A stretch of 64,000 nucleotides of DNA from positions 1 through 64,000 of IMG/VR virus record IMGVR_UViG_3300024270_000031, one strand, 5' to 3'. Below, one piece after another: positions 7,579 through 16,774 of the stretch. Below the pieces are notes generated by a model that was given only the letters and a program-made list of their open reading frames with translations, was not told the origin of the DNA and searched no databases. Position 1 is the first letter of the stretch. Every line of letters begins with the position of its first letter. This DNA is from an uncultured virus (IMG/VR IMGVR_UViG_3300024270_000031). Lineage: Duplodnaviria > Heunggongvirae > Uroviricota > Caudoviricetes. Both the position numbers and the translations under genes were made by a program.

Positions 7579-8040
7579 ATGCGTACTGACTTGATTAATA
7601 AGAAAGAGCTAATTTTAGAATGGATTGCTGAAGAGCTCCCTAAGCGCGAAATGGCAAAACGTTTAGGCTGTAAGCAGGAAACACTTAATGCTTACTTAGC
7701 TAAAATGAATATTACATATTCCGGACAGCAGGCTAAAAAAGGTCAGCAAAAGGGTAGTAATGTTTATAAAGATTCTTCTTACTATTTAGGTCCGAATGCG
7801 CTTCCCATTACTTCACATAAGTTAAAGTTAAAACTTATTCGTGACGGTTTAAAAGAAGATAAGTGTGAGTACTGTGGAAATTCTCATTGGCTGGGTGTTA
7901 AGTTGCCTCTTGAGCTTCATCATGAAGATGGTAATCACTACAATAATGAGCTTTCCAACTTAAAGATTGCTTGTCCAAATTGTCATGCAATTAAAGCACC
8001 TAATGCAGGTGCTGCAGCAGGTAGTTATACTACCTCTTAA
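7579..8040 (+). CDS. HNH endonuclease with N-terminal HTH
   Basis: CEYCG...LELHHEDGNHYNNELSNLKIACPNCH; AAGGAG RBS. Confidence 0.9.
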   Translation: MRTDLINKKELILEWIAEELPKREMAKRLGCKQETLNAYLAKMNITYSGQQAKKGQQKGSNVYKDSSYYLGPNALPITSHKLKLKLIRDGLKEDKCEYCGNSHWLGVKLPLELHHEDGNHYNNELSNLKIACPNCHAIKAPNAGAAAGSYTTS

Positions 8041-8041
8041 T

Positions 8042-8123
8042 GCGGGATTGGCGGAATGGCAGACGCGTATGGCTTAGGACCATATGTTAATTCGTGTGGG
8101 TTCAAGTCCCACATCCCGCACCA
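8042..8123 (+). tRNA. tRNA-Leu(TAG)
   Basis: TATGG-CTTAGGA-CCATA, CCA. Confidence 0.93.
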
Positions 8124-8128
8124 AATAT

Positions 8129-8205
8129 GGCGGTGTAGCTCAGTTGGTTAGAGCGCCAGCCTGTCACGCTGGAGGTCAGGGGTTCGAGCCCCCTTACCGT
8201 CGCCA
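8129..8205 (+). tRNA. tRNA-Asp(GTC)
   Basis: CCAGC-CTGTCAC-GCTGG, CCA. Confidence 0.95.
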
Positions 8206-8327
8206 AGTTACTTACCGTTGCGTTATAAACGGTTGTATAGATCTTGTTAAAGTTGCAGACTATACGGAAACAATAACAACCACCACCTGCTTGGTGTGAC
8301 TCTTTATAGGGATGCAGAAGCTTATAT

Positions 8328-8403
8328 TCCTCGATAGCTCAGTCGGCAGAGCGCGTGACTGTTAATCATGATGTCGCAGGTTCGAGCCCTGCTCGGGGAG
8401 CCA
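8328..8403 (+). tRNA. tRNA-Asn(GTT)
   Basis: CGTGA-CTGTTAA-TCATG, CCA. Confidence 0.95.
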
Positions 8404-8626
8404 GTAAGGTTAATGAGAAATCCTAAGTAAATTGCAATTACTAAAAACTCTGCGAGATGCGAAACTCCCGAACTCTGCTACATTAAAGAGGGAAGAAAAA
8501 GCCGTTCCTGGGGTCCTGAAAAACGTTAAATACAGTTGACTGTGAATATGGTATATGTAGATACTATATTCGACCTTTTTTCCGATGGGTTTTGGGTCAT
8601 AAATAATTATAAACTCCCAAAAATAT

Positions 8627-8701
8627 GGCGCCTTGGTCAAGCGGTTAAGACACCGCCCTTTCACGGCGGTAACACGGGTTCGATTCCCGTAGGCGTCACC
8701 A
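8627..8701 (+). tRNA. tRNA-Glu(TTC)
   Basis: CCGCC-CTTTCAC-GGCGG, CCA. Confidence 0.95.
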
Positions 8702-8765
8702 TAAAAATAAAATAAAATAAATATCGTATAATATAATATAAAAATTATTTAGGAGATATTTTAAA

Positions 8766-8945
8766 ATGACCCATTTTCAGTTTGAATTAATTTGTAAGAT
8801 TATTGAGAGCGGCGCGCCTGCTCTGGCTAATGAGCTTTGCGGCGCTTTAGCTAGTTTAGTTCAGTCGTACAATACTGTAGTGGTAGAAAATGAGCAACTT
8901 AAGACTCAAACTACTTCTGCACCTGCTGTAGAAGTAACAGAATAA
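8766..8945 (+). CDS. 59-aa hypothetical protein
   Basis: Promoter motif at ~8723, TAGGAG RBS; MTHFQFELICKIIESGAPALANELCG... (below the ORF-track cutoff). Confidence 0.7.
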   Translation: MTHFQFELICKIIESGAPALANELCGALASLVQSYNTVVVENEQLKTQTTSAPAVEVTE

Positions 8946-8960
8946 TTTAAAATATAATTA

Positions 8961-9324
8961 AGAGCTTGTGCTTATTTCTTTGAAATATAATTGATATTTA
9001 GTAAAGTAGCCAAGCCAATTATATAAAATAGAGCCTATACTTATTTCTTATGATATTTAAAAGGGTAAATAGTAAAGACAGTTAGGCCAAATTTTATTTG
9101 CTAAATTAAAAAGAGCTCGTACTTATTTCTAATACTAACAAAAGACTTCGGCCGGGTATCTATATATCCTTCTGGAATATAGAGGTAGCCTGGCATACAT
9201 AAATAGTCGAGCCTATTTTTTCTAGAACCTATGCTTATTTCTTAAAGAAGGTAATGCGTGGAGACGATTATCAGTCGTCCTGGCTGACTGTCGTAATCCA
9301 CATCAAATAGTATTTAGCTAGGTC
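8961..9324 (+). repeat. Four tandem structured units beginning AGARCYYRTRCTTATTTCT (putative ncRNA array B)
   Basis: Conserved 5' block at ~8961, 9030, 9112, 9224; closing stems co-vary (GCTTG/CAAGC, GCCTA/TAGGC, GCTCG/CGAGC, ACCTA/TAGGT). Confidence 0.75.
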
Positions 9325-9330
9325 ATATAT

Positions 9331-9407
9331 CGCGGGATGATGCAGAGGTCAGCAATCCAGGCTCATAACCTGAGAAGTCGTAGGTTCGAATCCTACTCCC
9401 GCAACCA
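9331..9407 (+). tRNA. Initiator tRNA-fMet(CAT)
   Basis: C1xA72 mismatch, loop CTCATAA, CCA. Confidence 0.88.
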
Positions 9408-9412
9408 AATAT

Positions 9413-9487
9413 GCTGGCGTGGCTCAACGGTAGAGCAGCTGACTTGTAATCAGCAGGTTGGGGGTTCGATTCCCTTCGCCAGCTCCA
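9413..9487 (+). tRNA. tRNA-Thr(TGT)
   Basis: GCTGA-CTTGTAA-TCAGC, CCA. Confidence 0.95.
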
Positions 9488-9492
9488 TACTT

Positions 9493-9536
9493 AAGAGGAA
9501 AGTTATTCAGTTTTGAGTGACTTTTCTCTTTTTTTT
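9493..9536 (+). terminator. Terminator closing the tRNA array
   Basis: AAGAGGAAAGTTATTCA...TGAGTGACTTTTCTCTT + T-run. Confidence 0.75.
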
Positions 9537-9580
9537 ATCGTATATTATAATAGTAATTATTTATATAAAGGAGATTTATT

Positions 9581-10150
9581 TTGACTACCCCTATTCCAGA
9601 AATCAAAGCAGCCTATCAGCACACTAAGGCTGGAACATTTTTATTTAATTTGTGTGCTATTTGGACTAAGTTCCTTGTGAAACATCAAAAACTATACTAT
9701 ATTCTTGCTTGCACTTGGGGCTTTATCATGACCTTGGTTGGCGCAGTTATTTCAGGAGCGCTTTATCTAGTAAAGCTGTGCTCGTTCGGAAAGGTAAAGA
9801 TCACTTTTAAGCCTTATCATTGGATTTATAGCATTTCTGTTGGTCCTGACTCTTGGGGAGGCTTTGAGTGCGGTCTTTGTTTCTTGAGAGACCATAAGTC
9901 TCGTGGTGCTCTTGATGCTCATGAATTTGGTCATACTTTCCAAAATTGCTTGTTTGGTCCACTATTTCCATTTATTGTTGGTCTGCCCTCGGTAACCTGG
10001 TACCATACACGTAATGCAAAGCCTGTTAAAGAAAGAAAGCCTTATGATTCAATGTGGTTCGAGGACGCAGCAACTCAGTGTGGTTTGTATGTAATTAGAA
10101 CTTTGAATGCAACAGCAGTTGCGGCTATTGAAGATAAGAAGGAGATTTAA
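9581..10150 (+). CDS. Membrane protein with HExxH motif (putative zinc metallopeptidase)
   Basis: AHEFGHTFQ, downstream WFE, hydrophobic segments; TTG start with AAGGAG. Confidence 0.6.
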   Translation: MTTPIPEIKAAYQHTKAGTFLFNLCAIWTKFLVKHQKLYYILACTWGFIMTLVGAVISGALYLVKLCSFGKVKITFKPYHWIYSISVGPDSWGGFECGLCFLRDHKSRGALDAHEFGHTFQNCLFGPLFPFIVGLPSVTWYHTRNAKPVKERKPYDSMWFEDAATQCGLYVIRTLNATAVAAIEDKKEI

Positions 10151-10728
10151 TGGCAGAGCTAATTTTTTATACAGGCCCTATGGGCAGTTCTAAAACAGCT
10201 CATGCTCTAATGACAAATTTTCAATATACTGAAAAAGGTAAGAATGTTTGGTTGATTAAGCCTGAGATTGACACCAGAGAAGAAATGCAGTATGACAATG
10301 GTAAAGCAATTAAAACATTAATTAGGTCCAGGGTTGGAATTAGCGCTTGGGCTGATGCAATCAGTGCTACTGACAAGTTAGTTCCGCCAGAAGGAACTAA
10401 TACTGTTATATGTGATGAAGCACAGTTTCTTACAAAAGCACAGGTAGAAGAACTTAAGATTCTTGCTGATGAAAAAGATATTCAGGTGCTCTGTTATGGT
10501 TTAAGAACGGACTTTACCTCTCATTTGTTTGAGGGCTCTAAAAGATTATTTGAGCTTGCAAGTATTATTAAAGATATTCCAGTTATATGTGACTGCGGTA
10601 ACTTTGCTGTTATTAATGCACGTATTAAAGATGGTAGTATAGTAACAGAGGGCGATCAAGTTGATATTGGCGGAAATGATAAATACAGAGCATTCTGCTA
10701 TGCTTGCTGGAGGAAATATAGTAAATGA
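10150..10728 (+). CDS. tdk: Thymidine kinase
   Basis: GPMGSSKT, DEAQFL, YGLRTDF, IGGNDKY, C-terminal Cys. Confidence 0.95.
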   Translation: MAELIFYTGPMGSSKTAHALMTNFQYTEKGKNVWLIKPEIDTREEMQYDNGKAIKTLIRSRVGISAWADAISATDKLVPPEGTNTVICDEAQFLTKAQVEELKILADEKDIQVLCYGLRTDFTSHLFEGSKRLFELASIIKDIPVICDCGNFAVINARIKDGSIVTEGDQVDIGGNDKYRAFCYACWRKYSK

Positions 10729-10946
10729 AAAATTGGACGATGTGCATTATAGCTTCAATAGTCTGCAGGCTACTCGCCATCGTGGCCGTTCTTGCTTTTG
10801 TATACTTTATGGTAGTACTTACCGGAAGCCTTGGCTGCCTCTGGCTGCTATTTTTGCTTCTAGCGGTGGAGCTAGTTCCTACCTACGAATTTAAACATAA
10901 AACTTCCGATGAGGAAGATACTAAGGAGAAAAATAATGGCAATTAA
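10725..10946 (+). CDS. Small membrane protein
   Basis: Two hydrophobic helices, coupled to tdk. Confidence 0.65.
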   Translation: MKNWTMCIIASIVCRLLAIVAVLAFVYFMVVLTGSLGCLWLLFLLLAVELVPTYEFKHKTSDEEDTKEKNNGN

Positions 10947-11604
10947 AATTACTAAACCAGGTCAGAAAGAATTCCACGCATTTTGCAAGTGGTGTGGTTG
11001 TGAATTCACATATGAAATCTCTGACTTAAAGCTTTCTGCAACTTCTGATAAGGTAAGTTGTCCTACCTGTGGTAAGGATTATCATCATCAAAGTATGGTT
11101 CAGGACCCTACTATTCCTGGCGGTATTGGCTATCAGTGGCCGTCAGACAGCACTGACCCTTGTGCGGGCTGTGTTTGGAGAGAGAACTTGTTAAGAGACG
11201 GTATTTATGTAGGAGATACTCCTTGTACTTGGTGTAATAAGAATAAGTTTAATAGTATTACTTGCACGCAGCCCCGCTTGAACGACTATACTACTCCCTG
11301 TGTTAGTGAGTTGGACACTTACTTGACTACTTCTACCTCAAGTGAGCTTAATGGTACTAAGTATACTACTGCTCACAATTGCTCTGACGACGTAGCAAAT
11401 GGCGAAGTAATGAAAACTATCTTGAGTTGTTGTGAGGCTAATACCAACGGCATCGCGACGAATAATACTGGGTATAGCCCTAAAAATGGCTCGTCAACAC
11501 CACCAGCTCCTCCGACATCTGGATCTAACGCTGTAAAGAGCTGTAATTCTTGCTCTGGCGAGCATAAATGCAACGGTAAGAAAAACTGTAAGGGTAAGCA
11601 TTAA
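10936..11604 (+). CDS. Cys-rich zinc-finger protein
   Basis: CKWC, CPTC, CAGC, CTWC; AAGGAG RBS. Confidence 0.7.
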   Translation: MAIKITKPGQKEFHAFCKWCGCEFTYEISDLKLSATSDKVSCPTCGKDYHHQSMVQDPTIPGGIGYQWPSDSTDPCAGCVWRENLLRDGIYVGDTPCTWCNKNKFNSITCTQPRLNDYTTPCVSELDTYLTTSTSSELNGTKYTTAHNCSDDVANGEVMKTILSCCEANTNGIATNNTGYSPKNGSSTPPAPPTSGSNAVKSCNSCSGEHKCNGKKNCKGKH

Positions 11605-11734
11605 AGCTCAATATAAGCGAAATTTAGGCTATCTAGGAAGGCATTGAAATATATGCCTTCTTTTTATTAAAAATATTGAAATCGGCAATATTTGTATTGT
11701 ATAATATAATATAACAATTATGGAGGAATTTATT

Positions 11735-11968
11735 ATGTATGATTCTATGGTTCGCGATGTTCTTAAGGAGTGGAAGGATGATGCTAAGGTAAGCCATCTT
11801 ATGCTTTACAGTCTTAGAAAGAATGTGCTTACTATTTATACGGATCGTCCAGGTCCGCTTATTGGCTGCAGAGGTGAGAGAATTGCTCGCTATCAGGAAA
11901 AGCTTAAGGCGCTTCCTATTTATCACATTGAGGAAGTAAGACTTGAAGAAACTCATGGAATTTTTTAA
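11735..11968 (+). CDS. Stand-alone KH-domain protein resembling the ribosomal protein S3 N-domain
   Basis: LTIYTDRPGPLIGCRGERI matches the S3 KH motif I.T.RPG..IG..G..I. Confidence 0.65.
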   Translation: MYDSMVRDVLKEWKDDAKVSHLMLYSLRKNVLTIYTDRPGPLIGCRGERIARYQEKLKALPIYHIEEVRLEETHGIF

Positions 11969-11976
11969 AGTGCTTT

Positions 11977-12147
11977 ATGGAATTTAAAGTCGGAGATATG
12001 GTAGAAGCCTATAATGGATACATTATCGGTTGGATTACTTATATTAATTATCAGAAAGAAGAAGCCGATGTTGAATGGGACGAAGGCAATTTTGATTATA
12101 ACTGTACCGTTGTACCTTTTAAATATTTAAAGAAAGTGGAGATTTAA
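11977..12147 (+). CDS. 56-aa SH3/KOW-like hypothetical protein
   Basis: MEFKVGDMVEAY...ADVEWD; fills the gap before the AbrB-like gene. Confidence 0.55.
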   Translation: MEFKVGDMVEAYNGYIIGWITYINYQKEEADVEWDEGNFDYNCTVVPFKYLKKVEI

Positions 12148-12149
12148 CT

Positions 12150-12470
12150 ATGAAATCAACTGGAATTGTAAGAAGAATTGATGACCTTGGAAGAGTAGTT
12201 ATTCCTAAGGAAGTAAGACGCACTATGCGCCTTAAGGAAGGCGACCCTCTTGAGCTTTTTATGGAAGGAGAATACGTTTGTTTTAGAAGGTATTCTACTG
12301 AGCCGGAGCTTAAGGGTGCAATTGAGGGTCTGCACGCAGTTATTTATGGAGAAGCTAGTCCCGTTGAAGACCTTCCTGAAGAACAGGCCGCTTCTATTAA
12401 GGCTCTGCTTCACGTACTTGAGCGAGACCTTAAAGAATACATTTTTGATAAGGAGCCCACTAATGGCTAA
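12150..12470 (+). CDS. AbrB/SpoVT-family DNA-binding regulator
   Basis: MKSTGIVRRIDDLGRVVIPKEVRRTMRLKEGDPLELF. Confidence 0.9.
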   Translation: MKSTGIVRRIDDLGRVVIPKEVRRTMRLKEGDPLELFMEGEYVCFRRYSTEPELKGAIEGLHAVIYGEASPVEDLPEEQAASIKALLHVLERDLKEYIFDKEPTNG

Positions 12471-12753
12471 TAATGATATGATTGCTGTTAAGGAAGCAGC
12501 TCTTGAAAAGGCGCGAAACGAGCTTAGCTATGCTTTTCATCTTGAAGACTGTGGTAAAAATGCCGGTATTAGAAAGATGAATGCTAATAAAGCTGATTGG
12601 CTTAAGTGGGTTGTTTATCTTGCAGAGCTCGGGCTTGAGACTGAAAAGTATTTAAGCGAGCCTACTACAATGGCAGTGCCCGAGGAGCCTAAGACAGATT
12701 ATGAAAAAGCTCGTATACTTTTCCAAATGATTAAAGATAATCCTGTAAATTAA
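12463..12753 (+). CDS. Hypothetical protein
   Basis: AAGGAG RBS before MANNDMI. Confidence 0.6.
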   Translation: MANNDMIAVKEAALEKARNELSYAFHLEDCGKNAGIRKMNANKADWLKWVVYLAELGLETEKYLSEPTTMAVPEEPKTDYEKARILFQMIKDNPVN

Positions 12754-12840
12754 AATAAATTTCTAAAGTATCATAAAAATAAGACTTCCTGTATTGTATT
12801 ATAATATAGGAAGTTTTTACTATTTATGGAGGATTTTTAT

Positions 12841-13410
12841 ATGGTTACTATGGAAATGTATTTTGACAAAGAGACTTTTGAGCCTGGAAAGAATTATTTT
12901 TCTATTGAAAAGGTAAAATGTAGTAGACCGCGAACTGAACCTGAAACACACCTTCGTGAGCAGGCATATAAATGGAGCTGTATTGGATTTCGCTGTATCG
13001 GTTGGGGATGTATGATTGGCTTAATCTTTATGATTACTTTCAGTGTTCTCGCCGCTTGCTTTAGTAGCTGGTTTTATGCTGGAACAGCTGTTGGTGCTAT
13101 TCTTTTTGTTGGTGGCATTATTTTTGCTAATGCTGTTTGCTGGCCCACTGAACAGAAATATTCAGAAGAGCTTATGGACTACCGACGAGAGCATGAAGAA
13201 GAGCTTTGGGCAGAGGCTACTAAAGACTTGAAGGCGTATAATGAAGAGCAGAAAAAGATTGCTGAGGCTTGGAGAGCGGCACATCCGCTTGAGGAGAAGA
13301 TTAGAGCCTGTATTAAGGATCCTATGTCAAGTGTAGACATTGCCAACCTGGCTCGTTACTATGCAGAGGTTTATATTAAGGAGGGCGGTTCACATGAAAC
13401 TATGGATTGA
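12841..13410 (+). CDS. Hypothetical membrane protein
   Basis: Two TM segments; GGAGG RBS. Confidence 0.7.
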   Translation: MVTMEMYFDKETFEPGKNYFSIEKVKCSRPRTEPETHLREQAYKWSCIGFRCIGWGCMIGLIFMITFSVLAACFSSWFYAGTAVGAILFVGGIIFANAVCWPTEQKYSEELMDYRREHEEELWAEATKDLKAYNEEQKKIAEAWRAAHPLEEKIRACIKDPMSSVDIANLARYYAEVYIKEGGSHETMD

Positions 13411-13729
13411 TGATGTTAGACCTGCACCAGAAGGCTATATTTGGTGTAAGTCGACTTTGAATGCACTTCACACCATTTATCATAATGCTGATGATATCGA
13501 AGAAATTGCCCTTGATCATGATGCTGGTGACTATGCTTTTGAGGGCGGCGACTTTATTGAAGTTCTTAAAGAGCTTGAGAGACTATGCCGCTCTGGTAAT
13601 GCACTAAAGCGTGCATATTGGTTGGAACACTGTATTAACTATAGATTTTCTTTACATTCAGCTAACCCGGTTGGAGTTGCTAACATGAGAGCTATTATTC
13701 AAGCAAATGGCTGGAAGGAGATAAGATAA
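13394..13729 (+). CDS. Cyclic-phosphate-processing receiver-like domain protein
   Basis: LWIDDVRPAP, IALDHDAG, HSANPVG motifs. Confidence 0.75.
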   Translation: MKLWIDDVRPAPEGYIWCKSTLNALHTIYHNADDIEEIALDHDAGDYAFEGGDFIEVLKELERLCRSGNALKRAYWLEHCINYRFSLHSANPVGVANMRAIIQANGWKEIR

Positions 13730-14579
13730 TGAAGAAAATTAAAATATTCAAAAACCATGAAGAACATTGTGTAAATCCGTCCGGTTCGAGCTATATCACT
13801 GCAACTTGGGCTTGCGATGAGGTGGAAAAATTTATTAATCGTAAAGATATTAAAGTTTTGTCTATTCATTATGCTGGCGGGTCTAATGACGCTATTATGG
13901 TTGTATATGAGGAGATACTATAATGTTTAAAATTATGGATTCAGAAAAGCTTTTTATTCCAGTAAAGTCGGGTTTTCCTACTGCTGCCAATGCTTACGAT
14001 TGGGCTAAAAAGAACTTAGGCAAGGATAGTTGTCATCCTTGGGGAATGGGTAAGGTCGGTACAAGGTATAGATATTTTATACAGTCATATTAAGGAGATA
14101 AGATGAGTAAAGTTGTTAGGCCACCTTTTACTTGGCCGACCCTTATACATGATTTTAATGCAAAGACAGTAAAAGTTCATGATGTCTTGGCTTATCGAGA
14201 AGACCGTGTAAAGAAACTTAAAAAGAAATATACAACTAAAGAAGAATTTGCAGATGCTCTGAAGTTAGAGCTTCAGTGGCAATATTGGTCGCGCGCTGAG
14301 TATGAGATGATTCTTTATATTGAAGACAATAGAGTATATCTTGAACCTTGGTGTGGAATCTTTAGAGAAGGTAAAATTGATATTACAGATGACCAGATAC
14401 TTAACTGGCCAGCTTTTGCTAAGAAGATGTTGAGCGAGCACGCTTGGCACGACAAAGAAAATAATCGTGATTATGTAAAATTTGATATCTTTGATCAGCT
14501 AATGTTCAGATTTGACGAGATAGTAGATTTTACTTGGAATTATAGACATAAATATCAGAGAATAAAGAAGGAGATTTAA
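13729..14579 (+). other. Run of small hypothetical CDSs (13729..13923, ~13923..14093, 14103..14579)
   Basis: Coupled ORFs with GGAG RBS. Confidence 0.65.
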
Positions 14580-14581
14580 AA

Positions 14582-14809
14582 ATGAGAGTAAAAATTCAGC
14601 TTGATACTATTACCGATATTGGTAATTTTGTAGTTGCAGTTTCCCACGCAACCAGTAAAAATGATAAGGTATATGTAACTGACGGTGATCGTTGTTGCAT
14701 TAATGCAAAGTCTTTCCTTGGCCTTGTTGCTGCTAGAGACTTTGACGAGCTTTGGTGCGAGTCTGACAAGGACATCTATTCCAGTATTAAGACATTTACT
14801 ATTGATTAA
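14582..14809 (+). CDS. HPr-family (PTS phosphocarrier-like) protein
   Basis: INAKSFLGL matches the HPr Ser46 motif; 75 aa; no His15 equivalent seen. Confidence 0.7.
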   Translation: MRVKIQLDTITDIGNFVVAVSHATSKNDKVYVTDGDRCCINAKSFLGLVAARDFDELWCESDKDIYSSIKTFTID

Positions 14810-14871
14810 CGTTTATATTTATAAACAAAACTGAGCTTTTCGTTTAAAATAATAAACATTAGGAGATAATT

Positions 14872-16394
14872 ATGAAAGAACTTTTAGAACTTGTTGCGGC
14901 AAATCCTGACCTGCCTATTGTGGCTATGGTAAATGGTGAAGTTTGTTGGGATGATAGTTGTTATTGGATGGCGAGCTTTTCTGCTGCAAGTATTGAGTCA
15001 GTCGGTCTTATCGGTGACCATTGGTATGACGATAAGGATAGCTTTACTGAAGTATATTACGACAAGTACGCAGATGAGCTTTGTGAGAAGTTTAATTATG
15101 AGCCCAGGTGCTGTGCTGTAAGTGTAGAGCGTGGAGAGTACACTCAGGAGCAATTTGCTGCTAACTGCCTTGCAGAAGCAGAACTTGAGAAGTACCTTGA
15201 TGAAATGGCTGCAAAGTATATGAAAAGATGTATTGTTGTGTATGTAGACGCACCTGATATGAGTGAATGGAAGGAAGCATAATGAGAGAATTCACTTATG
15301 GAGAGCTTAAACAGGGGCTTATTTGCTGTACAGTTTATAGAAATTGTAGTGGTTGTCCTTTGTATATGGGACCCGAGAAGGGACCACATGAGGAGTGTAC
15401 CTATCAGCTTATGTCAGCAGCTATGAACTGTATTAATGTTATGGAAAAAGACCTTGCTGACGCAAATAAAAGAGCTAACGATTGGGAAGAGTTTGCTCGA
15501 AATATGAGTAAAGAGAGGGATATGTAATGACCTTTGATTTACAGGGAGCTTTACTTGCTGCAGCTGAAGAGGCTGGCAAGATGCAGGCAGAGTTTCAGCA
15601 GCGAACAGATGATCTTATAAATCATATTAATTACGTTGAGGGCGAGAATACTAGACTTAAAGAGAAGCTTAATAAAGCTGCTAACTTAATGAAACAGTTT
15701 GCAGAAATTTTGTCTGATGATCAAAACTATTGAGTACCGTATCGTATAATATAATAGTCCTAAAGCTGCTTCGCTTTGAGGCAGCTTTTATTATATATTA
15801 TAATATTTTGGAGGTTTTTGGTATGAATGATTTTGGTGGCGTCAATACTGGCAAGTGGTGGGTCAAAGAGAGAGCTGGCCTGCATGAAGCTGAATGTTCT
15901 GTTTGTGGTTATTGTCAGCCAGTAGCTGTTGGTTTTGATATTGAGACACTTACTACAAAGATTCGTGGTTTGGAAGACTACTGTCCAAGCTGCAACGAAA
16001 ATATGTTTAAAGAAGAGCCGCAGCTTTTCACTAAGGAAGCTGCTTTTGCCGTTGGTAGTGCGGAGCCAATGTTGAAGTCCTTGGTTATTAACTGTGATAA
16101 GATTACTCTGGAGCAGAGAAGTCTTGGTATTACAGTAGATATTTCTGAGAATATTGACAATATCGATACCGTAGAAATTAACGGTGTTAAGTTTGTAAGA
16201 GAGGCTTAAGCATGAATATTAGAGCAGAATGGCATGACCCAGATTATTACTATCACCCGCCAAAGTATGTAAATATTATAAAAATTGAGTGGAAAGATGG
16301 TTTGCCTGGTGCCTTGGTAGTAAATGAGCATGGTAAGATTGATCATTATTATCTTAAAGATTTAACTGTTATTGATAAGGAGTATATGTCATGA
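14872..16394 (+). other. Small hypothetical CDSs (14872..15282, 15282..15527, 15527..15733, ~15823..16209, 16212..16394)
   Basis: Coupled + strand ORFs with RBS; several with Cys clusters. Confidence 0.65.
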
Positions 16395-16774
16395 ATATTT
16401 TGTTTGTTCTTATTCTTATGATCTTTTGTCATATTGTAGATGATTACTACCTTCAGGGCTGGCTTGCGTCGGCTAAGCAGAAGCAGTGGTGGAAGGATAA
16501 TGCACCTGAGAAGCTCTACAGATTTGACTATATCTGGGCTTTGATTATGCACTCCTTTAGCTGGTCTTTTATGATTATGCTGCCTATTGCATTATTTAAC
16601 AGCTTTGCTATCAGTGGTGCGTTTGTCGGTATGCTTGTTTTTAATATGATTATGCATGCTTTTGTTGATGACTGTAAAGCAAATAAACACTGGATCAATC
16701 TTTGGACAGATCAGGCTTGTCACTTAGTTCAGATTACAGCTACGTTTGTTATCTTTGTTAATGGAGGTATTTAA
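16391..16774 (+). CDS. DUF3307-like membrane protein
   Basis: HIVDDYYLQ, HAFVDDCK, DQACH motifs with TM helices. Confidence 0.7.
   Translation: MNILFVLILMIFCHIVDDYYLQGWLASAKQKQWWKDNAPEKLYRFDYIWALIMHSFSWSFMIMLPIALFNSFAISGAFVGMLVFNMIMHAFVDDCKANKHWINLWTDQACHLVQITATFVIFVNGGI

Noticed and set aside
487..8664. ORF-track ORFs overlapping tRNAs (487..663 portion, 964..1170, 3612..3995, 4724..4936, 7080..7271, 8084..8299, 8410..8664)
   Set aside because: Spurious translations of tRNA genes
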